From positions 1 to 57,133 of the forward strand of contig JAUCBJ010009005.1 of the NCBI GenBank assembly GCA_032718475.1: a stretch of 57,133 bases of DNA, in the 5' to 3' direction. The notes under the pieces are model-generated. The model did not search any database. It saw only the letters and a program-made list of their open reading frames with translations, and had not been told where the DNA came from. Of this stretch, positions 12,201-26,422 are shown piece by piece (position 1 is the first letter of the stretch; every line of letters starts with the position of its first letter). A program made the translations under genes and the position numbers. Source of the DNA: Nemertoderma westbladi. Lineage: Eukaryota > Animalia > Xenacoelomorpha.

Positions 12201-15200
12201 TTCTTCGTGCCAGACGACTTACTTTATTTAGCTCAGTACTGTAGTGTGCTTTCTTCGTGCCAGACTACTATATTTAGCTCAGTAATGTAGTGTGCTTTCT
12301 TCGTGCCAGACTACTTTATTTAGCTCAGTACTATAGTGTGCTTTCTTCGTGCCAGACTACTTTATTTAGCTTAGTACTGTAGTGTGCTTTCTTCGTGCCA
12401 GACTACTTACTTTATTTAGCTCAGTACTGTAGTGTACTTTCTTCGTGCCAGACTACTTTATTTAGCTTAGTACTGTAGTGTGCTTTCTTCGTGCCAGACT
12501 ACTTTATTTAGCTCAGTACTGTATTGTACTTTCTTCGTGCCAGACTACTTTATTTAGCTCAGTAGTGTAGTGTGCTTTCCTCGTGCCAGACTACTTTATT
12601 TAGCTCAGTACTGTAGTGTGCTTTCTTCGTGCCAGACTACTTTATTTAGCTCAGTACTGTAGTGTGCTTTCTTCGTGCCAGACTACTTACTTTATTTAGC
12701 TCAGTACTGTAGTGTGCTTTCTTCGTGCCAGACTACTTTATTTAGCTCAGTACTATAGTGTGCTTTCTTCGTGCCAGACTACTTTATTTAGCTCAGTACT
12801 GTAGTGTGCTTTCTTCGTGCCAGACTTTATTTAACTCAGTACTGTAGTGTACTTTCTTCGTGCCAGACTACTTTATTTAGCTCAGTACTGTAGTGTGCTT
12901 TCTTCGTGCCAGACTACTTTATTTAGCTCAGTACTGTAGTGTGCTTTCTTCGTGCCAGACTACTTTATTTAGCTCAGTACTATAGTGTGCTTTCTTCGTG
13001 CCAGACTACTTACTTTATTTAGCTCAGTACTGTAGTGTGCTTTCTTCGTGCCAGACTACTTTATTTAGCTCAGTACTATAGTGTGCTTTCTTCGTGCCAG
13101 ACTACTTTATTTAGCTCAGTACTGTAGTGTGCTTTCTTCGTGTCAGACTTTATTTAACTCAGTACTGTAGTGTACTTTCTTCGTGCCAGACTACTTTATT
13201 TAGCTCAGTAATGTAGTGTACTTTCTTTGTGCCAGACTACTTTATTTAGCTCAGTACTGTAGTGTGCTTTCTTCGTGCCAGACTACTTTATTTAGCTCAG
13301 TACTGTAGTGTGCTTTCTTCGTGCCAGACTACTTTATTTAGCTCAGTACTGTAGTGTGCTTTCTTCGTGCCAGACTTTATTTAACTCAGTACTGTAGTGT
13401 ACTTTCTTCGTGCCAGACTACTTTATTTAGCTCAGTACTATAGTGTGCTTTCTTCGTGCCAGACTACTTTATTTAGCTCAGTACTGTAGTGTGCTTTCTT
13501 CGTGCCAGACTACTTTATTTAGCTCAGTACTGTAGTGTGCTTTCTTCGTGCCAGACTACTTTATTTAGCTCAGTACTGTAGTGTGCTTTCTTCGTGCCAG
13601 ACTACTTTATTTAGCTCAGTACTGTAGTGTGCTTTCTTCGAGCCAGACTACTTTATTTAGCTCAGTACTATAGTGTGCTTTCTTCGTGCCAGACTACTTA
13701 CTTTATTTAGCTCAGTACTGTAGTGTGCTTTCTTCGTGCCAGACTACTTTATTTAGCTCAGTACTATAGTGTGCTTTCTTCGTGCCAGACTACTTTATTT
13801 AGCTCAGTACTATAGTGTGCTTTCTTCGTGCCAGACTACTTTATTTAGCTCAGTACTGTAGTGTGCTTTCTTCGTGCCAGACTACTTTATTTAGCTTAGT
13901 AGTGTAGTGTGCTTTCTTCGTGCCAGACTACTTTATTTAGCTCAGTACTGTAGTGTGCTTTCTTCGTGCCAGACGACTTACTTTATTTAGCTCAGTACTG
14001 TAGTGTGCTTTCTTCGTGCCAGACTACTTTATTTAGCTCAGTAATGTAGTGTGCTTTCTTCGTGCCAGACTACTTTATTTAGCTCAGTACTATAGTGTGC
14101 TTTCTGCGTGCCAGACTACTTTATTTAGCTCAGTACTGTAGTGTACTTTCTTCGTGCCAGACTACTTTATTTAGCTCAGTACTGTAGTGTACTTTCTTCG
14201 TGCCAGACTACTTTATTTAGCTCAGTACTGTAGTGTACTTTCTTCGTGCCAGACTACTTTATTTAGCTCAGTACTATAGTGTGCTTTCTTCGTGCCAGAC
14301 TACTTTATTTAGCTCAGTACTGTAGTGTACTTTCTTCGTGCCAGACTACTTTATTTAGCTCAGTACTATAGTGTGCTTTCTTCGTGCCAGACTACTTTAT
14401 TTAGCTCAGTAATGTAGTGTGCTTTCTTCGTGCCAGACTACTTTATTTAGCTCAGTACTATAGTGTGCTTTCTTCGTGCCAGACTACTTTATTTAGCTCA
14501 GTACTGTAGTGTACTTTCTTCGTGCCAGACTACTTTATTTAGCTCAGTACTATAGTGTGCTTTCTTCGTGCCAGACTACTTTATTTAGTTCAGTACTGTA
14601 GTGTACTTTCTTCGTGCCAGACTACTTTATTTAGCTCAGTACTGTAGTGTGCTTTCTTCGTGCCAGACTACTTACTTTATTTAGCTCAGTACTGTAGTGT
14701 GCTTTCTTCGTGCCAGACTACTTTATTTAGCTCAGTACTATAGTGTGCTTTCTTCGTGCCAGACTACTTTATTTAGCTCAGTACTATAGTGTGCTTTCTT
14801 CGTGCCAGACTACTTACTTTATTTAGCTCAGTACTGTAGTGTGCTTTCTTCGTGCCAGACTACTTTATTTAGCTCAGTACTGTAGTGTGTTTTCTTCGTG
14901 CCAGACTACTTACTTTATTTAGCTCAGTACTGTAGTGTGCTTTCTTCGTGCCAGACTATTTACTTTATTTAGCTCAGTACTGTAGTGTGCTTTCTTCGTG
15001 CCAGACTACTGTATTTAGCTCAGTACTATAGTGTGCTTTCTTCGTGCCAGACTACTTTATTTAGCTCAGTACTGTAGTGTGCTTTCTTCGTGCCAGACTA
15101 CTTTATTTAGCTCAGTACTGTAGTGTGCTTTCTTCGTGCCAGACTACTTTATTTAGCTCAGTACTGTAGTGTGCTTTCTTCGTGCCAGACTACTTTATTT

Positions 15201-18200
15201 AGCTCAGTACTGTAGTGTGCTTTCTTCGTGCCAGACTACTTTATTTAGCTCAGTACTGTAGTGTGCTTTCTTCGTGCCAGACTACTTTATTTAGCTCAGT
15301 ACTGTAGTGTGCTTTTTTCGTGCCAGACGACTTACTTTATTTAGCTCATTACTGTAGTGTGCTTTCTTCGTGCCAGACTACTTTATTTAGCTCAGTACTG
15401 TAGTGTGCTTTCTTCGTGCCAGACTACTTTATTTAGCTCAGTACTGTAGTGTGCTTTCTTCGTGCCAGACTACTTTATTTAGCTCAGTACTGTAGTGTGC
15501 TTTCTTCGTGCCAGACTACTTTATTTAGCTTAGTACTGTAGTGTGCTTTCTTCGTGCCAGACTGCTTTATTTAGCTCAGTACTGTAGTGTGCTTTTTTCG
15601 TGACAGACGACTTACTTTATTTAGCTCAGTATTGTAGTGTACTTTTTTCGTGCCAGACTACTTACTTTATTTAGCTCAGTATTGTAGTGTGCTTTCTTCG
15701 TGCCAGACTACTTTATTTAGCTCAGTACTGTAGAGTGCTTTCTTCGTGCCAGACTACTTTATTTAGCTTAGTACTGTAGTGTGCTTTTTTCGTGCCAGAC
15801 TACTTACTTTATTTAGCTCAGTACTGTAGTGTGCTTTCTTCGTGCCAGACTACTTTATTTAGCTCAGTACTGTAGTGTGCTTTCTTCGTGCCAGACTACT
15901 TTATTTAGCTTAGTACTGTAGTGTGCTTTTTTCGTGCCAGACGACTTACTTTATTTAGCTTAGTACTGTAGTGTGCTTTCTTCGTGCCAGACTACTTTAT
16001 TTAGCTCAGTACTGTAGTGTGCTTTCCTCGTGCCAGACTACTTTATTTAGCTCAGTACTGTAGTGTGCTTTCTTCGTGCCAGACTACTTTATTTAGCTTA
16101 GTACTGTAGTGTGCTTTTTTCGTGCCAGACTACTTACTTTATTTAGCTCAGTACTGTAGTGTGCTTTCTTCGTGCCAGACTACTTTATTTAGCTCAGTAC
16201 TGTAGTGTGCTTTTTTCGTGCCAGGCGACTTACTTTATTTAGCTCAGTACTGTAGTGTGCTTTCTTCGTGCCAGACTACTTTATTTAGCTCAGTACTGTA
16301 GTGTGCTTTCCTCGTGCCAGACTACTTTATTTAGCTCAGTACTGTAGTGTGCTTTCGTCGTGCCAGACTACTTTATTTAGCTTAGTACTGCAGTGTGCTT
16401 TCTTCGTACGAGACTACTTTATTTAGCTCAGTACTGTAGTGTGCTTTCTACGTGCCAGACTACTTTATTTAGCTTAGTACTGTAGTGTGCTTTCTTCTAT
16501 TTAGCTCAGTACTGTAGTGTGCTTTCTTCGTGCCAGACTACTTTATTTAGCTCAGTACTGTAGTATGCTTTCTTCGTGCCAGACTACTTTATTTAGCTCA
16601 GTACTGTAGTGTGCTTTCTTCGTGCCAGACTACTTTATTTAGCTCAGTAATGTAGTGTGCTTTTTTCGTGCCAGACGACTTACTTTATTTAGCTCAGTAC
16701 TGTAGTGAGCTTTCTTCGTGCCAGACTACTTTATTTAGCTCAGTACTGTAGTGTGCTTTCTTCGTGCCAGACTACTTTATATAGCTCAGTACTGTAGTGT
16801 GCTTTCTTCGTGCCAGACTACTTTATTTAGCTCAGTACTGTAGTGTGCTTTCTTCGTGCCAGACTACTTTATTTAGCTCAGTACTGTAGTGTGCTTTTTT
16901 CGTGCCAGACGACTTACTTTATTTAGCTCAGTACTGTAGTGTGCTTTCTTCGTGCCAGACTACTTTATTTAGCTCAGTACTGCAGTGTGCTTTCCTCGTG
17001 CCAGACTACTTTATTTAGCTCAGTACTGTAGTGTGCTTTCTTCGTGCCAGACTACTTTATTTAGCTTAGTACTGTAGTGTGCTTTCTTCGTACCAGACTA
17101 CTTTATTTAGCTCAGTACTGTAGTGTGCTTTTTTCGTGCCAGACTACTTACTTTATTTAGCTCAGTACTGTAGTGTGCTTTCTTCGTGCCAGACTACTTC
17201 CTTTATTTAGCTCAGTACTGTAGTGTGCTTTCTTCGTACCAGACTACTTTATTTAGCTTAGTACTGTAGTGTGCCTTTTTCGTGCCAGACTACTTACTTT
17301 ATTTAGCTCAGTACTGTAGTGTGCTTTCTTCGTGCCAGACTACTTTATTTAGCTCAGTACTGTAGTGTGCTTTCTTCGAGCCAGACTACTTTATTTAGCT
17401 TAGTACTGTAGTGTGCTTTTTTCGTGCCAGACGACTTACTTTATTTAGCTCAGTACTGTAGTGTGCTTTCTTCGTGTCAGACTACTTTATTTCGCTCAGT
17501 ACTGTAGTTTGCTTTCCTCGTGCCAGACTACTTTATTTAGCTCAGTACTGTAGTGTGCTTTCTTCGTGCCAGACTACTTTATTTAGCTTAGTACTGTAGT
17601 GTGCTTTCTTCGTACCAGACTACTTTATTTAGCTCAGTACTGTAGTGTGCTTTCTTCGTGCCAGACTACTTTATTTAGCTTAGTACTGTAGTGTGCTTTC
17701 TTCTATTTAGCTCAGTACTGTAGTGTGCTTTCTTCGTGCCAGACTACTTTATTTAGCTCAGTACTGTAGTATGCTTTCTTCGTGCCAGACTACTTTATTT
17801 AGCTCAGTACTGTAGTGTGCTTTCTTCGTGCCAGACTACTTTATTTAGCTGAGTACTGTAGTGTGCTTTTTTCGTGCCAGACGACTTACTTTATTTAGCT
17901 CAGTACTGTAGTGTGCTTTTTTCGTGCCAGACTACTTACTTTATTTAGCTCAGTACTGTAGTGTGCTTTCTTCGTGCCAGACTACTTTATTTAGCTCAGT
18001 ACTGTAGTGTGCTTTTTTCGTGCCAGACGATTTACTTTATTTAGCTCAGTACTGTAGTGTGCTTTCTTCGTGCCAGACTACTTTATTTAGCTCAGTACTG
18101 CAGTGTGCTTTCCTCGTGCCAGACTACTTTATTTAGCTCAGTACTGTAGTGTGCTTTCTTCGTGCCAGACTACTTTATTTAGCTTAGTACTGTAGTGTGC

Positions 18201-21200
18201 TTTCTTCGTACCAGACTACTTTATTTAGCTCAGTACTGTAGTGTGCTTTTTTCGTGCCAGACTACTTACTTTATTTAGCTCAGTACTGTAGTGTGCTTTC
18301 TTCGTGCCAGACTACTTACTTTATTTAGCTCAGTACTGTAGTGTGCTTTCTTCGTGCCAGACTACTTTATTTAGCTCAGTACTGTAGTGTGCTTTCTTCG
18401 TACCAGACTACTTTATTTAGCTCAGTACTGTAGTGTGCTTTCTTCGTGCCAGACTACTTTATTTAGCTCAGTACTGTAGTGTGCTTTCTTCGTGCCAGAC
18501 TACTTTATTTAGCTCAGTACTGTAGTGTGCTTTTTTCGTGCCAGACGACTTACTTTATTTAGCTCAGTACTGTAGTGTGCTTTCTTCGTGCCAGACTACT
18601 TTATTTAGCTCAGTACTGTAGTGTGCTTTCTTCGTACCAGACTACTTTATTTATCTCAGTACTGTAGTGTGCTTTCTTCGTGCCAGACTACTTTATTTAG
18701 CTCAGTACTGTAGTGTGCTTTTTTCGTGCCAGGCGACTTACTTTATTTAGCTCAGTACTGTAGTGTGCTTTCTTCGTGCCAGACTACTTTATTTAGCTCA
18801 GTACTGTAGTGTGCTTTCTTCGTGCCAGACTACTTTATTTAGCTCAGTACTGTAGTGTGCTTTCCTCGTGCCAGACTACTTTATTTAGCTCAGTACTGTA
18901 GTGTGCTTTCTTCGTGCCAGACTACTTTATTTAGCTCAGTACTGTAGTGTGCTTTCTTCGTACCAGACTACTTTATTTAGCTCAGTACTGTAGTGTGCTT
19001 TCTTCGTGCCAGACTACTTTATTTAGCTCAGTACTGTAGTGTGCTTTTTTCGTGCCAGACGACTTACTTTATTTAGCTCAGTACTGTAGTGTGCTTTCTT
19101 CGTGCCAGACTACTTTATTTAGCTCAGTACTGTAGTGTGCTTTCTTCGTGCCAGACTACTTTATTTAGCTCAGTACTGTAGTGTGTTTTCCTCGTGCCAG
19201 ACTACTTTATTTAGCTCAGTACTGTAGTGTGCTTTCTTCGTGCCAGACTACTTTATTTAGCTCAGTACTGTAGTGTGCTTTTTTCGTGCCAGACGACTTA
19301 CTTTATTTAGCTCAGTACTGTAGTGTACCTTCTTCGTGCCAGACTACTTTATTTAGCTCAGTACTGTAGTGTGCTTTCTTCGTGCCAGACTACTTTATTT
19401 AGCTCAGTACTGTAGTGTGCTTTCTTCGTGCCAGACTACTTTATTTAGCTTAGTACTGTAGTGTACTTTCTTCGTGCCAGACTACTTTATTTAGCTCAGT
19501 ACTGTAGTGTGCTTTCTTCGTGCCAGACTACTTTATTTAGCTCGCTCAGTACTGTAGTGTGCTTTCTTCGTGCCAGACTACATTATTTAGCTCAGTACTG
19601 TAGTGTGCTTTCTTCGTGCCAGACTACTTTATTTAGCTCAGTACTGTAGTGTGCTTTCTTCGTGCCAGACTACTTTATTTAGCTCGCTCAGTACTGTAGT
19701 GTGCTTTTTTCGTGCCAGACTACTTTATTTAGCTCAGTACTGTAGTGTGCTTTCTTCGTGCCAGACTACTTTATTTAGCTTAGTACTGTAGTGTACTTTC
19801 TTCGTGCCAGACTACTTTATTTAGCTCAGTACTGTAGTGCGCTTTCTTCGTGCCAGACTACTTTATTTAGCTCGCTCAGTACTGTAGTGTGCTTTCTTCG
19901 TGCCAGACTACATTATTTAGCTCACTACTGTAGTGTGCTTTTTTCGTGCCAGACTACTTACTTTATTTAGCTTAGTACTGTAGTGTACTTTCTTCGTGCC
20001 AGACTACTTTATTTAGCTCAGTACTGTAGTGTGCTTTCTTCGTGCCAGACTACTTTATTTAGCTCACTAGCCTACTGTAGTGTCTTTCTTCGTTCCAGAC
20101 TACTTACATTATTTAGCTCAGTTGCTCAGTACTGTAGTGTGCTTTCTTCGTGCCAGACTACTTTATTTAGCTCAGTACTGTAGTGTGCTTTCTTCGTGCC
20201 AGACTACTTTATTTAGCTCAGTACTGTAGTGTGCTTTCTTCGTGCCAGACTACTTTATTTAGCTCAGTACAGTAGTGTACTTTCTTCGTGCCAGACTACT
20301 TTATTTAGCTCAGTACTGTAGTGTGCCTTCTTCGTACCAGACTATACTTATTTAGCTCAGTACTGTAGTGTGCTTTCTTCGTGCCAGACTACTTACATTA
20401 TTTAGCTCAGTACTGTAGTGTGCCTTCTTCGTGCCAGACTACTTACTTTATTTAGCTCAGTACTGTAGTGTGCTTTCTTCGTGCCAGACTACTTTATTTA
20501 GCTCAGTACTGTAGTGTGCTTTCTTCGTGCCAGACTACTTTATTTAGCTCAGTACTGTAGTGTGCTTTCTTCGTGCCAGACTACTTTATTTAGCTCAGTA
20601 CTGTAGTGTGCTTTCTTCGTGCCAGACGACTTACTTTATTTAGCTCTGTACTGTAGTGTGCTTTCTTCGTGCCAGACTACTTTATTTAGCTCAGTACTGT
20701 AGTGTGCTTTCTTCGTGCCAGACGACTTACTTTATTTAGCTCAGTACTGTAGTGTGCTTTCTTCGTGCCAGACTACTTTATTTAGCTCAGTACTGTAGTG
20801 TGCTTTCTTCGTGCCAGACTACTTTATTTAGCTTAGTACTGTAGTGTGCTTTTTTCGTGCCAGACGACTTACTTTATTTAGCTTAGTACTGTAGTGTGCT
20901 TTCTTCGTGCCAGACTACTTTATTTAGCTCAGTACTGTAGTGTGCTTTCCTCGTGCCAGACTACTTTATTTAGCTCAGTACTGTAGTGTGCTTTCTTCGT
21001 GCCAGACTACTTTATTTAGCTTAGTACTGTAGTGTGCTTTTTTCGTGCCAGACTACTTACTTTATTTAGCTCAGTACTGTAGTGTGCTTTCTTCGTGCCA
21101 GACTACTTTATTTAGCTCAGTACTGTAGTGTGCTTTTTTCGTGCCAGGCGACTTACTTTATTTAGCTCAGTACTGTAGTGTGCTTTCTTCGTGCCAGACT

Positions 21201-24200
21201 ACTTTATTTAGCTCAGTACTGTAGTGTGCTTTCCTCGTGCCAGACTACTTTATTTAGCTCAGTACTGTAGTGTGCTTTCGTCGTGCCAGACTACTTTATT
21301 TAGCTTAGTACTGCAGTGTGCTTTCTTCGTACGAGACTACTTTATTTAGCTCAGTACTGTAGTGTGCTTTCTACGTGCCAGACTACTTTATTTAGCTTAG
21401 TACTGTAGTGTGCTTTCTTCTATTTAGCTCAGTACTGTAGTGTGCTTTCTTCGTGCCAGACTACTTTATTTAGCTCAGTACTGTAGTATGCTTTCTTCGT
21501 GCCAGACTACTTTATTTAGCTCAGTACTGTAGTGTGCTTTCTTCGTGCCAGACTACTTTATTTAGCTCAGTAATGTAGTGTGCTTTTTTCGTGCCAGACG
21601 ACTTACTTTATTTAGCTCAGTACTGTAGTGAGCTTTCTTCGTGCCAGACTACTTTATTTAGCTCAGTACTGTAGTGTGCTTTCTTCGTGCCAGACTACTT
21701 TATATAGCTCAGTACTGTAGTGTGCTTTCTTCGTGCCAGACTACTTTATTTAGCTCAGTACTGTAGTGTGCTTTCTTCGTGCCAGACTACTTTATTTAGC
21801 TCAGTACTGTAGTGTGCTTTTTTCGTGCCAGACGACTTACTTTATTTAGCTCAGTACTGTAGTGTGCTTTCTTCGTGCCAGACTACTTTATTTAGCTCAG
21901 TACTGCAGTGTGCTTTCCTCGTGCCAGACTACTTTATTTAGCTCAGTACTGTAGTGTGCTTTCTTCGTGCCAGACTACTTTATTTAGCTTAGTACTGTAG
22001 TGTGCTTTCTTCGTACCAGACTACTTTATTTAGCTCAGTACTGTAGTGTGCTTTTTTCGTGCCAGACTACTTACTTTATTTAGCTCAGTACTGTAGTGTG
22101 CTTTCTTCGTGCCAGACTACTTCCTTTATTTAGCTCAGTACTGTAGTGTGCTTTCTTCGTACCAGACTACTTTATTTAGCTTAGTACTGTAGTGTGCCTT
22201 TTTCGTGCCAGACTACTTACTTTATTTAGCTCAGTACTGTAGTGTGCTTTCTTCGTGCCAGACTACTTTATTTAGCTCAGTACTGTAGTGTGCTTTCTTC
22301 GAGCCAGACTACTTTATTTAGCTTAGTACTGTAGTGTGCTTTTTTCGTGCCAGACGACTTACTTTATTTAGCTCAGTACTGTAGTGTGCTTTCTTCGTGC
22401 CAGACTACTTTATTTCGCTCAGTACTGTAGTTTGCTTTCCTCGTGCCAGACTACTTTATTTAGCTCAGTACTGTAGTGTGCTTTCTTCGTGCCAGACTAC
22501 TTTATTTAGCTTAGTACTGTAGTGTGCTTTCTTCGTACCAGACTACTTTATTTAGCTCAGTACTGTAGTGTGCTTTCTTCGTGCCAGACTACTTTATTTA
22601 GCTTAGTACTGTAGTGTGCTTTCTTCTATTTAGCTCAGTACTGTAGTGTGCTTTCTTCGTGCCAGACTACTTTATTTAGCTCAGTACTGTAGTATGCTTT
22701 CTTCGTGCCAGACTACTTTATTTAGCTCAGTACTGTAGTGTGCTTTCTTCGTGCCAGACTACTTTATTTAGCTGAGTACTGTAGTGTGCTTTTTTCGTGC
22801 CAGACGACTTACTTTATTTAGCTCAGTACTGTAGTGTGCTTTTTTCGTGCCAGACTACTTACTTTATTTAGCTCAGTACTGTAGTGTGCTTTCTTCGTGC
22901 CAGACTACTTTATTTAGCTCAGTACTGTAGTGTGCTTTTTTCGTGCCAGACGATTTACTTTATTTAGCTCAGTACTGTAGTGTGCTTTCTTCGTGCCAGA
23001 CTACTTTATTTAGCTCAGTACTGCAGTGTGCTTTCCTCGTGCCAGACTACTTTATTTAGCTCAGTACTGTAGTGTGCTTTCTTCGTGCCAGACTACTTTA
23101 TTTAGCTTAGTACTGTAGTGTGCTTTCTTCGTACCAGACTACTTTATTTAGCTCAGTACTGTAGTGTGCTTTTTTCGTGCCAGACTACTTACTTTATTTA
23201 GCTCAGTACTGTAGTGTGCTTTCTTCGTGCCAGACTACTTACTTTATTTAGCTCAGTACTGTAGTGTGCTTTCTTCGTGCCAGACTACTTTATTTAGCTC
23301 AGTACTGTAGTGTGCTTTCTTCGTACCAGACTACTTTATTTAGCTCAGTACTGTAGTGTGCTTTCTTCGTGCCAGACTACTTTATTTAGCTCAGTACTGT
23401 AGTGTGCTTTCTTCGTGCCAGACTACTTTATTTAGCTCAGTACTGTAGTGTGCTTTTTTCGTGCCAGACGACTTACTTTATTTAGCTCAGTACTGTAGTG
23501 TGCTTTCTTCGTGCCAGACTACTTTATTTAGCTCAGTACTGTAGTGTGCTTTCTTCGTACCAGACTACTTTATTTATCTCAGTACTGTAGTGTGCTTTCT
23601 TCGTGCCAGACTACTTTATTTAGCTCAGTACTGTAGTGTGCTTTTTTCGTGCCAGGCGACTTACTTTATTTAGCTCAGTACTGTAGTGTGCTTTCTTCGT
23701 GCCAGACTACTTTATTTAGCTCAGTACTGTAGTGTGCTTTCTTCGTGCCAGACTACTTTATTTAGCTCAGTACTGTAGTGTGCTTTCCTCGTGCCAGACT
23801 ACTTTATTTAGCTCAGTACTGTAGTGTGCTTTCTTCGTGCCAGACTACTTTATTTAGCTCAGTACTGTAGTGTGCTTTCTTCGTACCAGACTACTTTATT
23901 TAGCTCAGTACTGTAGTGTGCTTTCTTCGTGCCAGACTACTTTATTTAGCTCAGTACTGTAGTGTGCTTTTTTCGTGCCAGACGACTTACTTTATTTAGC
24001 TCAGTACTGTAGTGTGCTTTCTTCGTGCCAGACTACTTTATTTAGCTCAGTACTGTAGTGTGCTTTCTTCGTGCCAGACTACTTTATTTAGCTCAGTACT
24101 GTAGTGTGTTTTCCTCGTGCCAGACTACTTTATTTAGCTCAGTACTGTAGTGTGCTTTCTTCGTGCCAGACTACTTTATTTAACTCAGTACTGTAGTGTG

Positions 24201-25930
24201 CTTTTTTCGTGCCAGACGACTTACTTTATTTAGCTCAGTACTGTAGTGTACCTTCTTCGTGCCAGACTACTTTATTTAGCTCAGTACTGTAGTGTGCTTT
24301 CTTCGTGCCAGACTACTTTATTTAGCTCAGTACTGTAGTGTGCTTTCTTCGTGCCAGACTACTTTATTTAGCTTAGTACTGTAGTGTACTTTCTTCGTGC
24401 CAGACTACTTTATTTAGCTCAGTACTGTAGTGTGCTTTCTTCGTGCCAGACTACTTTATTTAGCTCGCTCAGTACTGTAGTGTGCTTTCTTCGTGCCAGA
24501 CTACATTATTTAGCTCAGTACTGTAGTGTGCTTTCTTCGTGCCAGACTACTTTATTTAGCTCAGTACTGTAGTGTGCTTTCTTCGTGCCAGACTACTTTA
24601 TTTAGCTCGCTCAGTACTGTAGTGTGCTTTTTTCGTGCCAGACTACTTTATTTAGCTCAGTACTGTAGTGTGCTTTCTTCGTGCCAGACTACTTTATTTA
24701 GCTTAGTACTGTAGTGTACTTTCTTCGTGCCAGACTACTTTATTTAGCTCAGTACTGTAGTGCGCTTTCTTCGTGCCAGACTACTTTATTTAGCTCGCTC
24801 AGTACTGTAGTGTGCTTTCTTCGTGCCAGACTACATTATTTAGCTCACTACTGTAGTGTGCTTTTTTCGTGCCAGACTACTTACTTTATTTAGCTTAGTA
24901 CTGTAGTGTACTTTCTTCGTGCCAGACTACTTTATTTAGCTCAGTACTGTAGTGTGCTTTCTTCGTGCCAGACTACTTTATTTAGCTCACTAGCCTACTG
25001 TAGTGTCTTTCTTCGTTCCAGACTACTTACATTATTTAGCTCAGTTGCTCAGTACTGTAGTGTGCTTTCTTCGTGCCAGACTACTTTATTTAGCTCAGTA
25101 CTGTAGTGTGCTTTCTTCGTGCCAGACTACTTTATTTAGCTCAGTACTGTAGTGTGCTTTCTTCGTGCCAGACTACTTTATTTAGCTCAGTACAGTAGTG
25201 TACTTTCTTCGTGCCAGACTACTTTATTTAGCTCAGTACTGTAGTGTGCCTTCTTCGTACCAGACTATACTTATTTAGCTCAGTACTGTAGTGTGCTTTC
25301 TTCGTGCCAGACTACTTACATTATTTAGCTCAGTACTGTAGTGTGCCTTCTTCGTGCCAGACCAGACTACTTACTTTATTTAGCTCAGTACTGTAGTGTG
25401 CTTTCTTCGTGCCAGACTACTTTATTTAGCTCAGTACTGTAGTGTGCTTTCTTCGTGCCAGACTACTTTATTTAGCTCAGTACTGTAGTGTGCTTTCTTC
25501 GTGCCAGACTACTTTATTTAGCTCAGTACTGTAGTGTGCTTTCTTCGTGCCAGACGACTTACTTTATTTAGCTCTGTACTGTAGTGTGCTTTCTTCGTGC
25601 CAGACTACTTTATTTAGCTCAGTACTGTAGTGTGCTTTCTTCGTGCCAGACGACTTACTTTATTTAGCTCAGTACTGTAGTGTGCTTTCTTCGTGCCAGA
25701 CTACTTTATTTAGCTCAGTACTGTAGTGTGCTTTCTTCGTGCCAGACTACTTTATTTAGCTCAGTAATGTAGTGTGCTTTTTTCGTGCCAGACTACTTTA
25801 TTTAGCTCAGTACTATAGTGTGCTTTCTTCGTGCCAGACTACTTTATTTAGCTCAGTACTATAGTGTGCTTTCTTCGTGCCAGACTACTTTATTTAGCTC
25901 AGTACTGTAGTGTGCTTTCTTCGTGCCAGA
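232..25930. repeat. Satellite array, 46-bp unit TTCTTCGTGCCAGACTACTTTATTTAGCTCAGTACTGTAGTGTGCT with a 50-bp (+4 bp) variant; roughly 545 copies
   Basis: Uninterrupted head-to-tail copies, with a CAGTACTG palindrome in most units. Copy number is estimated from length/unit size. Confidence 0.99.
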
Positions 25931-26422
25931 TAATTAGTATAGTATATGGGCTGGGCATAAGTGTTCCAATATAATATACATTAGGTGTTAGTGAGGCTGA
26001 GCCCATCCAAATACAAATATTCTTGGCAAAAAGTAGTCAGTCAGCTCAGCAAGTAGATAGTCATAATGTCAAATTGTTCAAAAAATAATCAAATAAATAA
26101 AACAAAAAATAAAATAATCAAATTGTTCAAAAACGGCATAGCAAGAAATCCCACCCCTGAATTGTGGTTGTCTTGTCTATTCATCTGTCTGTCAGGCGGT
26201 CTGTTGTTTATGAAAGCATTACACATAACTGTTTGTCTGTCAGTTCCATTTCGACAGAGACAGACCGACTAGATGGAGCCAAATGAGAAACCAGATTAGA
26301 AACTGACGTAGGAAATGCCGGAATCACCGGATCATTAAATAACAATTGGCGGGAGGGTTTCAAAACATTGAATACCGGCCTTATTAAGGGAGAGGAGCGG
26401 GATTACAATGGGACATTAAGTA

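Noticed and set aside
232-25930. CRISPR array or coding ORFs (8885-25106) in the 46-bp repeat
   Set aside because: No unique spacers or cas genes; the ORFs are short chance read-throughs of the monomer.
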